From an uncultured Eubacteriales bacterium (lineage in GTDB: Bacteria; Bacillota; Clostridia; Christensenellales; CAG-314), in NCBI GenBank assembly GCA_948938605.1, contig CARAIG010000079.1:15-64014 (forward strand): a stretch of 64,000 nt of DNA, in the 5' to 3' direction. How positions within the stretch are numbered: position 1 is the first letter of the stretch; each line of letters starts with the position of its first letter. Made by a program: the position numbers and the translations under genes. Positions 48,117 through 57,580 of the stretch are shown in pieces. Below the pieces are notes generated by a model. The model was not told the origin of the DNA and did not search any database. It saw only the letters and a program-made list of their open reading frames with translations.

Positions 48117-48244
48117 GTAAAGTATTCGATGATAAAATCAACTGTCAGTTTAAATTGGCAAAAACATAAAACGCAGTAAAACCGACAGAAGACTAGGCAG
48201 TAACAATACTAAATTCATTTTTTAATAATTGCAGCAAACTAAAA

Positions 48245-48287
48245 ATACGGGGCTGTCACAGTACGTGACAACCCCGTATTTATTTTA
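48245..48287. terminator. Rho-independent terminator between convergent genes
   Basis: ATACGGGG...CCCCGTAT stem with an inner TGTCAC/GTGACA, followed by a T-rich tail. Confidence 0.7.
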
Positions 48288-48313
48288 TAAATTTTAATAA
48301 ATACAATAATATT

Positions 48314-49132
48314 TTACAAAGTATTAAGCAATTTGCAAAAGTCTACGCCGAAACGTCGGTCGGTACGCATTGTTGCCTGCGCCGAACGGGATACGAAATC
48401 GGCAGCAATTTCCGTTGCGCAAAACAAAGTTTTGCCGTTAATCAATTCACCTAACAACACCGAACTGAATATGTCCCCCGTCCCCGAAAAGTCTATATCT
48501 ACGCGGTTTGTCGTAACAACTTCGATACCGTCGTTTTGCAATACAAGGTTGCTTATTTTGTCCCCTTGATTAACTCCCGTAATGACGGCAGACTTAGTTT
48601 TTACAACAGTTAAAAATTTGCTAAAAACCTTTTGGCAACGGTGGATATAATCACTGTCGGATTTGTGTTTCGTCAATTCGTCGTAATCGACGTTGCACAG
48701 CAAACACGCTTCGGTAAGGTTGGGGGATATGCAATCGGCGCGCGTAACAAGCGACTTCATTGCGGACACATACGCATCGTCAAATACAGGGTACAGTTTG
48801 CCGTTGTCGCCCATAATTGGATCGACGAACAAGTAGCAGCCCTTGTTTAAAACATCGTCCACAACCGTTTTAACGCCGTTAAGCGTTGTAGTATCGTTAC
48901 AAAATCCAACATAAAACGCACTCGGCACAGCATTTGCGGCAATGCGTCTAGCAAAGTCCACCGTATCGGGATTAGGCATTACGGCAAAATTACTAAACCC
49001 CGTCTGAGACGAATAGCACGCAGTAACTACGGGCATACAGTAATGACCTAGATGTGTAAATATCGGTAAGTTTGCCGACAACGAACAGTTGCCCAAACCG
49101 GATATGTCGTTAAAAATTAAAATGTTTTTCAT
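48314..49132 (-). CDS. pdxK: Pyridoxal/pyridoxine/pyridoxamine kinase
   Basis: 272 aa, ribokinase-like PfkB/PdxK pattern (ISGLGNCSL..., DPIMGDNGKLY, GTGDIFSS). Confidence 0.7.
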   Translation of the reverse strand: MKNILIFNDISGLGNCSLSANLPIFTHLGHYCMPVVTACYSSQTGFSNFAVMPNPDTVDFARRIAANAVPSAFYVGFCNDTTTLNGVKTVVDDVLNKGCYLFVDPIMGDNGKLYPVFDDAYVSAMKSLVTRADCISPNLTEACLLCNVDYDELTKHKSDSDYIHRCQKVFSKFLTVVKTKSAVITGVNQGDKISNLVLQNDGIEVVTTNRVDIDFSGTGDIFSSVLLGELINGKTLFCATEIAADFVSRSAQATMRTDRRFGVDFCKLLNTL

Positions 49133-49155
49133 ACACTATATAAAGTCGTTCCAAC

Positions 49156-49878
49156 TTACTTAATGACGTTTTGTTCGTCAGGGTGCGGCTGTTCGGAGTT
49201 TTGAATGTCGGCAACCTGTTTACCGTTTTCTTTTTCATCGTCTTGCTGTGTTTCGGATTGAACTGTTTGATCGTCATTTTCCGTTTGCCCGACAATCGGT
49301 TGGTTAGGTTCGGACTGCAACGTTACGTTCAAATCAAATCCCAACATCGTTGCAAACGTACGGATAGGTATCATACGTAAAATAAACCATACGGCAAAGC
49401 CCACTATTATGCCTGCAAGCACACCCAAAAGCGCAAGCCAAGGCATATACGAAAACATTTCGGGAGTGTTGCTTACCAAACAAAATACAATGTTTTGCGT
49501 CAGATTGTGCAGTACTGCCGACACAATGGATATTGACACAATGCTTACCTTAGGATACACCAATTCCACCAAAACAGACGACGTCACCACACTTACCACA
49601 CCTGCGGACAAACTGTACATAAGGGTAGACATATTGCCCGTGAACATACTGCCCAATACAACGCGTACCACAACCAGCACAAACGCGTCAATGGGGCCCA
49701 ACAAAAATACGGCAAGCATTGAAAAGATATTGGAAAGTCCCATTTTTGCGCCGGGCAAAATCAACGGCGGAAAAAGACTTTCAACCATAAACATAATAAG
49801 CCCCATTGCGGTCAACACCGCAAGAGTAGCAATCCGTTTAGCGGAAAAATATTTAGTTTTAATTATTTCAGTTTTCAT
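49156..49878 (-). CDS. Gx transporter family membrane protein (heptaprenyl diphosphate synthase component I-like)
   Basis: About 5 TM helices (FPPLILPGAKMGLSNIF...) and an acidic/Gln-rich C-terminal tail. It is co-operonic with the ApbE/NusG_II gene, as is typical for this family. Confidence 0.6.
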   Translation of the reverse strand: MKTEIIKTKYFSAKRIATLAVLTAMGLIMFMVESLFPPLILPGAKMGLSNIFSMLAVFLLGPIDAFVLVVVRVVLGSMFTGNMSTLMYSLSAGVVSVVTSSVLVELVYPKVSIVSISIVSAVLHNLTQNIVFCLVSNTPEMFSYMPWLALLGVLAGIIVGFAVWFILRMIPIRTFATMLGFDLNVTLQSEPNQPIVGQTENDDQTVQSETQQDDEKENGKQVADIQNSEQPHPDEQNVIK

Positions 49879-49887
49879 ATTTGTACA

Positions 49888-51876
49888 TTATTGCGAAATT
49901 ACTTTTATCCGCGACGGCGAACACACTATCGCCCTGTCGGCAACCGTTAACGGCGGGAAGTTGTACACGCAGTCTTTGTCGGAACAAGTTGCGTCGGTCA
50001 TTTTTACCGACACTTCAACGCCGCGCGTAATTGTCATTACGTTATACTGTTCCTTACCGTCCTTTGTACGGTAAAACTTTACGTTAATATCGTTGCCGTC
50101 TTCGCTTACTTCGATGTTCCAGCCGCTTGAATTTTCCGAGTATACAACCCACTCGTTACGGGCGACGTTATATGCAAACAGCAATTCGCCTTCGTCGGAA
50201 TTACTGAAATCAACCACTTGCACCGCGCGTATCTGTTCGGTTTCGGCACCGAAAATTACGGCAAACAGCACTACGATAAGCAAAACAACAGCCAAATATA
50301 TTCCTACATCCCCTATTTTGAACGGTTTGTCGCGTTTGGCGTTTATTACGTTATTTGCAGTTTTTTTACGTCCCTTTACAATGTGTACTACTATTACGGC
50401 AACCACCAGCAACGCTAACACTACGCCGAGAGCGATTATCCAACCCGTATAACTTTCAGATTTTACCGGCGCTTTTGCCGATGCGTCATAAACGAAATTG
50501 CCGTTGTCGTCTACTTTAACCGACCAAGCGTATTCGTCAAACGTGTCGCCTTTAACAACTTCCGATTTGTCGTAGTTTGAAAGCAACTGTTTTCCGCCGT
50601 CGACAGTTTCGTAAGTGAGCAGTACTTTTATGCCGTTATCTTTTAAATAACCGTTCATAAAGTCGACTACCCGATCCCTGCCCATTACCGTCAACGCCGT
50701 TGTAAGACAGTCACCCATTGTTGCGGAATAGTTTTGCGGAGCAATTATAGTTATGGAATTTACTCCGGTTTGTGCGGGCTTGCCTAAACTTCCGTCTACA
50801 ATGTGCGAGTATTGTACGCCGTCAGTTGTGTACTTGCGTTCGTACTGCCCGCTGCTGGATACTGTGGCATTAAGCAAATGAGCCCCGACAACCGTAGGTT
50901 GATACAAAAAGTCCTTTTTGTATGGATCGTACGTAAGTAAAACATAATCGCCGCCGTCATAGTTTAAGCCGTATGTTTGACTGCTCGAACCTGCGTCAAC
51001 GTAAAAACGCGTAAGTCCCCTTTGCTTAAACATTTCCCTTATACCGTCGGCAACGTAGCCCTTTGCAATACCGCCCAAATCCAACCACTGCTCAAACGTT
51101 TCGCCGTCTACTTGCGCAGCTTGAACGTTTTTGGTTACGTAAAACTTGCCGTCGGACGAACTTAATTTTACCGCGTCTTCGCTAAAATCGGTAAAAGACG
51201 GATTACTGAATGCCTTTACGTATTTTTCGTCGGGCAACGGGTATCCGTAAGTTTTGTTGTCCCATACCCTGTCGTAAGGCAAATTACCGTTGCGACGATA
51301 CGTACGGGAGGAAAAGCCCCACAAATCGACCAGACGATATACAGCAGGATTAAACGCGCCGTTTGTAGCAATGTACATTTGACGCGCGGTATTAAGCATA
51401 TTGTAAACAGGTTCGCTAATTTCCACTGTTTCGCCGCACTTTGCTTGATTATAACGGTAAATATCCGAAAGCGGCGTACCGTCTGTGCCGTCGTACTGAG
51501 TATTTGCAAATCCGTCTATACCGTTAATATATTTGTTAATTTCCGTTGCCAAATTAATTAAGTACTTTTGCGAACTTTGCTGCGTAACGGTTAAATTGTC
51601 CGCTGCTTGGTTTATAGGGAAATCGATAGTAATTGCTTCGTCGCTGTAAATACGTACGTTTACTTCGATGCCGCTCCCGCCAAAATACAACCCGCGGTAG
51701 TTTACCCCGACTATACCGTTGGAATCGCTAACCGATTGAAGATCAAACCCCTGCCCTTGATAATAGTATATGTTGCGCGACGAAACGTCTTCGGCAAAAG
51801 CAGGCATAACAGCCGACGCCAAAGACAACACTGCAATCAACGCTATTAAAATCGTCAAGAGTTTTGCTTTTTTCAT
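49888..51876 (-). CDS. apbE: Secreted FAD:protein FMN transferase (ApbE) fused to a TM segment and a NusG domain II-like C-terminal domain
   Basis: Signal peptide, ApbE-like motifs (FNPAVYRLVDLWGF, LGGIAKGY, VSSSGQYERKY), two TM helices and a C-terminal CSDKDCV...IVCSPSRIKV NusG_II pattern. The start (51876 vs 51888) is uncertain and has no clear RBS. Confidence 0.65.
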   Translation of the reverse strand: MKKAKLLTILIALIAVLSLASAVMPAFAEDVSSRNIYYYQGQGFDLQSVSDSNGIVGVNYRGLYFGGSGIEVNVRIYSDEAITIDFPINQAADNLTVTQQSSQKYLINLATEINKYINGIDGFANTQYDGTDGTPLSDIYRYNQAKCGETVEISEPVYNMLNTARQMYIATNGAFNPAVYRLVDLWGFSSRTYRRNGNLPYDRVWDNKTYGYPLPDEKYVKAFSNPSFTDFSEDAVKLSSSDGKFYVTKNVQAAQVDGETFEQWLDLGGIAKGYVADGIREMFKQRGLTRFYVDAGSSSQTYGLNYDGGDYVLLTYDPYKKDFLYQPTVVGAHLLNATVSSSGQYERKYTTDGVQYSHIVDGSLGKPAQTGVNSITIIAPQNYSATMGDCLTTALTVMGRDRVVDFMNGYLKDNGIKVLLTYETVDGGKQLLSNYDKSEVVKGDTFDEYAWSVKVDDNGNFVYDASAKAPVKSESYTGWIIALGVVLALLVVAVIVVHIVKGRKKTANNVINAKRDKPFKIGDVGIYLAVVLLIVVLFAVIFGAETEQIRAVQVVDFSNSDEGELLFAYNVARNEWVVYSENSSGWNIEVSEDGNDINVKFYRTKDGKEQYNVMTITRGVEVSVKMTDATCSDKDCVYNFPPLTVADRAIVCSPSRIKVISQ

Positions 51877-52111
51877 AAGTAACGACATTTTAACATTTTT
51901 AAACAAAATTAGCAACCGATAGCGTAAAGTAAACATTTATTACCCTATAAATATTTAATATGGAACGTTTGCCGTATTGAAAATAAAGGGGAAACGTGAT
52001 ATAATTAAATATACAGTCACTCCAAATAAAGTTTAGCAACGGAACGCAGACTGTGATTATATGCAGTTGCTTTGTGCGTAACGCACAATTAAATAAAGGA
52101 AGTGTACAAAT

Positions 52112-52654
52112 ATGCGAGTTTTTATTGCGTTGAACATTCCCGACAAAATGCGGGACAATTTGGAACGGTCGGCAAATCAATTTAAAACCCTTGCTACAAG
52201 CGGAAACTTTACCAAAAAGGAAAACTACCACGTAACGTTGCACTTTTTAGGAAACGTCGAACAAAACAATTTGATTTACATTCAAAGCGCAATGGACTCC
52301 GTAAAAAATTTACCCGCTCCCCGCCTTGCCGTAAATCAATTTGCCATACTTCGCGCAAGCAATATCGTGTGCGCGCGTTTCAACAAAAATGCAAACTTGA
52401 CGGAACTGCACGACGTCCTTGCCGACAAACTGGAACAATCGGGCTTTAACGTCGAACACCGTGCCTACCGCCCGCACGTTACAATGATACGCAAATACGC
52501 GTTTTCATTGCCGTTTAGCGAAGTTACCAAATGCGTAGACGTATACAACAAACCGTTTGATGCGCCACAAGTTGTACTGTACGAAAGCGTTTTTACCGAC
52601 AACGGCGTGACTTACCGCCCGCTGTACTCGGTCACATTGCCGATAGAAGAATAA
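52112..52654 (+). CDS. thpR: RNA 2',3'-cyclic phosphodiesterase (2H family, LigT/ThpR)
   Basis: Two HxT motifs (HVTLHFLG and HVTMIR) in a 180-aa protein. Confidence 0.8.
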   Translation: MRVFIALNIPDKMRDNLERSANQFKTLATSGNFTKKENYHVTLHFLGNVEQNNLIYIQSAMDSVKNLPAPRLAVNQFAILRASNIVCARFNKNANLTELHDVLADKLEQSGFNVEHRAYRPHVTMIRKYAFSLPFSEVTKCVDVYNKPFDAPQVVLYESVFTDNGVTYRPLYSVTLPIEE

Positions 52655-52673
52655 TTTTAAAGTAAAATATTAA

Positions 52674-52711
52674 GAGCGCAAGGATTTTTATAATCATTGC
52701 ACTCTTTTTTA
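52674..52711 (+). terminator. Rho-independent terminator after thpR
   Basis: AGAGCGCAA-loop-TTGCACTCT (one mismatch) followed by TTTTT. Confidence 0.5.
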
Positions 52712-52751
52712 GTTTGTTAAATTATATCTATTGTTAACTTAATTTTATTGC

Positions 52752-55700
52752 TTATTCCGCAGTTGTTTGCGGTTCGCTCTTTTCCTTTTTAACGTTTACT
52801 ACGTAGCTGAGATTTGCTATATTAAGCAACATATCGGCTAAAACGTCCTTTTTAATGTTGATACGTTCTTCAAATACTATCCAACGTCCGTCCGATTCGT
52901 CGCTGTGCGGCAAACTCAACAGCAAACTTACATAAGTGGCCGTTTTTACGTCTTGCGGCAAATCGTCGTAGTTTAATATTTCGTCGTCGTGCTTTACCAC
53001 CACTTTGCGGTCGCTTTCGATAAGCGTGTAACCGCCTTCCACAAATGCGTTAAGGTACTGCGTGGCAACCGTTAAAGTTGCGTTGATTTTGTCGCGGATA
53101 AGCAATCCTATCAAATCGTTGTGATCGATTGTAGCGCGCAAGTTGGTCAACGTCCTTGCTTCGGCTGCGGCGGCAGTTACCTTCATACGGGCTGTGCTTG
53201 CCGCAACGTAGTTATCCAGTTGAAGTTTGCGTTCCTGCTGCAATTCGTCTTGACGTCTGCGCAATACCGCAAGTTCGTTTTCCTTTGCAACGATTTCATC
53301 GCTAGACACATTTTCGACAGGACGGCTTTGCAGTAAATTGTACAAATTGTCGATTTTTTCCGCAAGCAAAGTGCGGGTAGAATCGTATTCGTTTACCGCC
53401 TTGCGCAAGTCTTCGACATTGCCTTCCAAATCTTCTGCCGTTACCTTGTCTATATCCAACCCTTTAAGGTTAAACTCAAATTGCAGTTCTTGGTGCAATT
53501 CGGCGTATTCGCCCACCTTACTTTCGTACAGCCATTGAGACTTTTCCATTTCAAGGCGCTTTTGGAAAACGGCTTTTTCCGTTTCCGCCTTGGAATCAAG
53601 CAACATTTGACGTTCGCTTTCCACATCGCCCAAGTCGTACTTGAAGTTAGCAAGCGCTTGTTCGATATCGTCGCTGCCTGCGTATTTCTTGGCTTTGTCG
53701 TTAGATTCGGCAATCTGCTTTTCGTTAACTTGAATAGTCTTGGATATTTCCATTATTTCGCCGCGTACGTCGTCCAACTTGGATTCGATACTTTCAAGCT
53801 GACGGGAAACCGCCTTGTACTGCTCATAGCTTGCCGACAAGCGTTCGCCTATGTCGTTAAGTTCTTCCTTAACTTTATCGTTGGTGCTAACTAACGAATC
53901 AACCGACATATGCTCGCTGTCAAGCTGCTGCTGCGTTTCCTTTAAATATTTAAGGCGCGATTTCAATGCGGATATTTTGGCGCGCAGTCCTTCGGTTGCG
54001 CGTTTAAGTTCGGTCAATTCCGCTTCGCTGCGCACTGCGTCTTGCTGTACGTCCAACAAGTATTTTGTTCCGCCGTTTTCGCTGTTTAACGCTTTTAAGT
54101 AGTTAAATACCGTTTCGTTGCTGTTTTGCGAAAGTATTTCGTTATAACGATTATTTATGTTATTCTTTTCGGTTCTAAGCGTTGCCATTTCCGCTTGGTT
54201 TATTTCGAAATGACGCTTGATTTCCTTTAACGAGCCTTCTAATTGATACGAACGTTGCAGCAGCAATTCCCTGTCCATAGCGCGGTCGGTCAGTTCCTGT
54301 TCCAGCGCTTCGATTTCCTGATCGTGGAAATTTGCAGTAACAGCAAATACGCCCGACGCGTCGTCGCTGAATACCTTTTGACTGTTAATGAATACTTCGC
54401 GCTTAAATTCTTCCTGTTTGCGGAGCATTGTCTTGTTATATTCCGCTTCCAACTTTATTTTAGACTGGTCGACTTGGGAAAGCCTGTACTTGTAGTCTTC
54501 CAAGGCGCGTTCCAAATTGCGTTGCTTTTCCTGCAAGGATTGGTTGATTGTTTCGAGTTTGGAATACTTAGCGTCCAAAACTTGCAATATAGTATCCTTT
54601 GCTTTTAACGGAGTTACCGCAATGTCTATTTCCGCAACCGAGCGGAAACGCTTCATTTGCATAACCAAATTGCTTTCGCGTTCGGCAATTTGACTTTCCT
54701 TTACCGCTACTTCGCTTTGTAATTTTTCTATTTGCGATTCCACTTCGTCGATTTTTACGTCAACGCGGACTGTTTCCAACAATTCGCCAACCGATTTGGC
54801 AGGCACGTCAAACGCATCCAAACTTGTTTTAACGTCGCCTATGGACTTTTCAAGCTCGTCCATTTTGTTGGTATACATTACTTTTTCGGCGGACAAACGT
54901 TGTTGCTTTTCGTTAAGTTCCAACAGCTGTTCGTTAAGTTGTTTGTTCTTTTCGTACAATGCCGAAACGTAAGCAAGTTCGTTATTGATGGATTCGACGC
55001 GGGTACGCTTGTCCTGCGACAAAGCGTATTGACGGTTTTTATCCTCTAACTGCTGATTAATGCTGGCAAGTTCCTTTTCCTGCCATTCCAATTCGCTGGT
55101 AATTGCATAACGCTTTTTTTCGTATTCGGCGCGTTGTTCTTCGACGGAATGCAATGTCTTAACTTTGGGAATAAGAATTTCAATATCGTCGCGCAATTTT
55201 ACTTTTTGACGGGCTTGCTCGATTTCGTCCTGACGGGAAGTAAGCAAATTGTATTTTTGCTGTGTGTTTTCGAGATCGCGCGCTATGTCGTCGCGCAATC
55301 CGTTTGCTGCAAGACGGGCTTTTAAGTCGCTAAGCTCGGTAGTAGCCAAAGTAATGCTTTTAAACACTTCGTTGAGTTCGGCGTTTACTTCGTCCAACCT
55401 TTCGGGCGATACGGACAGTTTAGCGTCGGGACTTTCGGCATATGTTTTGACTTTTTGCAACGCCTTTTCCCTTAACGCGCGCGCTTCTTCGCTGCTGCGC
55501 AGTACGCTTGCCTGAACGTCGGCGAGCATTCTAAGTTCGTCAAACATCATCAAATTGCCGGCAAAATTGTCGACGGCAATATTGTTGACATAGTCGATTT
55601 TTAACATATCGTCCAATTTTTCGTGGATAATTTCTTCCACGTAACTGAGCGCGCGGGTACGGGCGACCACTTTCCATTGGTCGTCTTCCATCTTTTTAAG

Positions 55701-55946
55701 AACGGTACGCGTCGTTTCGTCGTCGTTGTGAAGGCGGCTTAACGAATACTTTTCCGAACCTACAAAAAATTCCACTTCGACGTCCATTACGCAATCGACT
55801 TCTTCCTTAAAACAGAACTCGATATAGTTGTTGAGTTTTCCGCCGTTGGTGGTTGCGAGTTTTTTGCCCTCGTCCGCAGTGCCGAATGTAAAAATGCGCT
55901 TTTCGTTATTACGATTGTCCAAAGCAATAACTTTGCTTATTCTCAT
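52752..55946 (-). CDS. Very long coiled-coil protein, SMC/Rad50/SbcC-like architecture with degenerate ATPase motifs
   Basis: 1064 aa from ATG 55946 (AAGGGG RBS). Small globular N- and C-terminal domains flank ~850 aa of heptad-rich E/K/L/Q sequence. No GxxGxGK[ST] Walker A. C-terminal LPQDV and WIVFEE sit where the signature and Walker B motifs would be. Confidence 0.6.
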   Translation of the reverse strand: MRISKVIALDNRNNEKRIFTFGTADEGKKLATTNGGKLNNYIEFCFKEEVDCVMDVEVEFFVGSEKYSLSRLHNDDETTRTVLKKMEDDQWKVVARTRALSYVEEIIHEKLDDMLKIDYVNNIAVDNFAGNLMMFDELRMLADVQASVLRSSEEARALREKALQKVKTYAESPDAKLSVSPERLDEVNAELNEVFKSITLATTELSDLKARLAANGLRDDIARDLENTQQKYNLLTSRQDEIEQARQKVKLRDDIEILIPKVKTLHSVEEQRAEYEKKRYAITSELEWQEKELASINQQLEDKNRQYALSQDKRTRVESINNELAYVSALYEKNKQLNEQLLELNEKQQRLSAEKVMYTNKMDELEKSIGDVKTSLDAFDVPAKSVGELLETVRVDVKIDEVESQIEKLQSEVAVKESQIAERESNLVMQMKRFRSVAEIDIAVTPLKAKDTILQVLDAKYSKLETINQSLQEKQRNLERALEDYKYRLSQVDQSKIKLEAEYNKTMLRKQEEFKREVFINSQKVFSDDASGVFAVTANFHDQEIEALEQELTDRAMDRELLLQRSYQLEGSLKEIKRHFEINQAEMATLRTEKNNINNRYNEILSQNSNETVFNYLKALNSENGGTKYLLDVQQDAVRSEAELTELKRATEGLRAKISALKSRLKYLKETQQQLDSEHMSVDSLVSTNDKVKEELNDIGERLSASYEQYKAVSRQLESIESKLDDVRGEIMEISKTIQVNEKQIAESNDKAKKYAGSDDIEQALANFKYDLGDVESERQMLLDSKAETEKAVFQKRLEMEKSQWLYESKVGEYAELHQELQFEFNLKGLDIDKVTAEDLEGNVEDLRKAVNEYDSTRTLLAEKIDNLYNLLQSRPVENVSSDEIVAKENELAVLRRRQDELQQERKLQLDNYVAASTARMKVTAAAAEARTLTNLRATIDHNDLIGLLIRDKINATLTVATQYLNAFVEGGYTLIESDRKVVVKHDDEILNYDDLPQDVKTATYVSLLLSLPHSDESDGRWIVFEERINIKKDVLADMLLNIANLSYVVNVKKEKSEPQTTAE

Positions 55947-56128
55947 AAGATACCCCTTATAATTTAAGTAAACTTTGCAATTTTGTTGATTAGACAGTTT
56001 TTTTGTGTTAGAATAAAATAACAAGTTAACAAAAAAGGCATAAAACGGGTATTTTATTCTACATCTACTTATCATTATACTCTATTACGCCAAAATAATC
56101 AATACTTTAACGACAAAAGAGGTAATTT

Positions 56129-57580
56129 ATGGCATTTTGCGACAAGGAAAAACAACTTGTCACCGACGGTTATACCGTAATAGACAACAAGTTTTTTTTA
56201 AACTATCTTCCCGACGCACCCGAAAAGTGCGTTGCGGTATATCTTTTGGGGCTTGCCTTGTCTAACAGTTTAGGCGACGACAACAGCATTGACGCTATCG
56301 CGCAAAAACTGGGCATTACGCCGGACGACGTATTGACGGCGTACCAGTACTGGGACGAATTGGGGCTTGTAACCATTTCGTACGACGCTCCCCAACACGT
56401 AACTTACCGCGCTCTTAAAGACGGAACAAACGCTTTGCGCAAAATAAGCCCTTCCAAATACAAAAAGTTTTCGCAGCAGCTTCAAGACTTGTTTGCGGGC
56501 GGACGCCAAATAAACACGTCGGAATACGACGCTTATTACCAATTTTTGGAAGACACCGCTTTCGAACAGGAAGCTTTGCTTGCCGTAATTAAGTATTGCA
56601 TCGAATTAAAAGGTAAATCGATAGGTTACCAATACATACTTACCGTTGCGCGTAACGAAATGCGTAAAGGAGCAACAACGCTTGCGGTAGTATCGGAACA
56701 CCTTAACTGTCAGCAAAAGTACGATGAGGACTTAAAACTGGTATTTAAACAATTAGGCTCAAACCGTAAATTCGAGCACGCAGATCGCGAAATGTATGAC
56801 AAATGGGTGCGCGAATTGGGCTTTACGCAAGACGTAATAGTCAACGTTGCCAAAAACTGCAAAAACGGCGGAATGGCAAAACTGGACAGTATGCTGTGCG
56901 AATATTACAAACGCGGCGCAATGTCCGTTAAGGAAATAGACGACTACACTGCCGAAAAAACACGTCTATATGACCTTGCCAAAAACATAAACAAAACAAT
57001 CGGCGTATATTACCAAAACGTCGAAAGTATAATTGACGAATATTTAGCAGGTTGGCTTAACAAAGGTTTTGAAGACGAAACTTTGCTGGAAATTGCAAAA
57101 TACTGCTTTAAAAGCGGAGTACGTACCCTTGCTGGACTTGCCGACATAGTGGACAAACTGTACAAAAACGGCATAACCACGTCACAAGCGTTGCGCGCGT
57201 ACATTTCCGCAATAGCACAGCAGGACGAACTTATAAAAGGCATTCTTACAAAATGCGGACTTGCGCGTAAAGTTACGGCAAACGACAGACTGCTTTACAA
57301 AACTTGGACGCAAATATGGAATTTACCATATGAAGTAATTTTGTTCGCTTCGGAAAAAACCACCGGCGCAAACAACCCCGTAGCGTATTTAAACAGGATA
57401 TTATCCGACTACAAACAAGCAGGCGTTGCAACGGTAGAACAAGCCAAAGCGCACAAAAACATTGAAAACAAAACCACCGCTACAAAAGTGCTTATCGGCG
57501 GACGGGATATGGAAAGACGTCCTTACACCGACGACGAACTTAACGCATTGTTTACCGTATTGGACGAAACGGAGGACTGA
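56129..57580 (+). CDS. Replication initiation/membrane attachment protein (DnaD-domain, Firmicute DnaB-like)
   Basis: 483 aa with N-terminal winged-helix-like FLNYLPDA...AVYLLG and repeated DnaB_2/DnaD-like modules. It sits immediately upstream of dnaI with a TGATG overlap. Confidence 0.7.
   Translation: MAFCDKEKQLVTDGYTVIDNKFFLNYLPDAPEKCVAVYLLGLALSNSLGDDNSIDAIAQKLGITPDDVLTAYQYWDELGLVTISYDAPQHVTYRALKDGTNALRKISPSKYKKFSQQLQDLFAGGRQINTSEYDAYYQFLEDTAFEQEALLAVIKYCIELKGKSIGYQYILTVARNEMRKGATTLAVVSEHLNCQQKYDEDLKLVFKQLGSNRKFEHADREMYDKWVRELGFTQDVIVNVAKNCKNGGMAKLDSMLCEYYKRGAMSVKEIDDYTAEKTRLYDLAKNINKTIGVYYQNVESIIDEYLAGWLNKGFEDETLLEIAKYCFKSGVRTLAGLADIVDKLYKNGITTSQALRAYISAIAQQDELIKGILTKCGLARKVTANDRLLYKTWTQIWNLPYEVILFASEKTTGANNPVAYLNRILSDYKQAGVATVEQAKAHKNIENKTTATKVLIGGRDMERRPYTDDELNALFTVLDETED

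Noticed and set aside
51899-52243. 114-aa minus-strand ORF spanning the apbE-thpR intergenic region.
   Set aside because: It overlaps the thpR start in antisense and is hydrophobic, low-complexity and AT-driven, with no RBS. The region is better explained as divergent promoter DNA.
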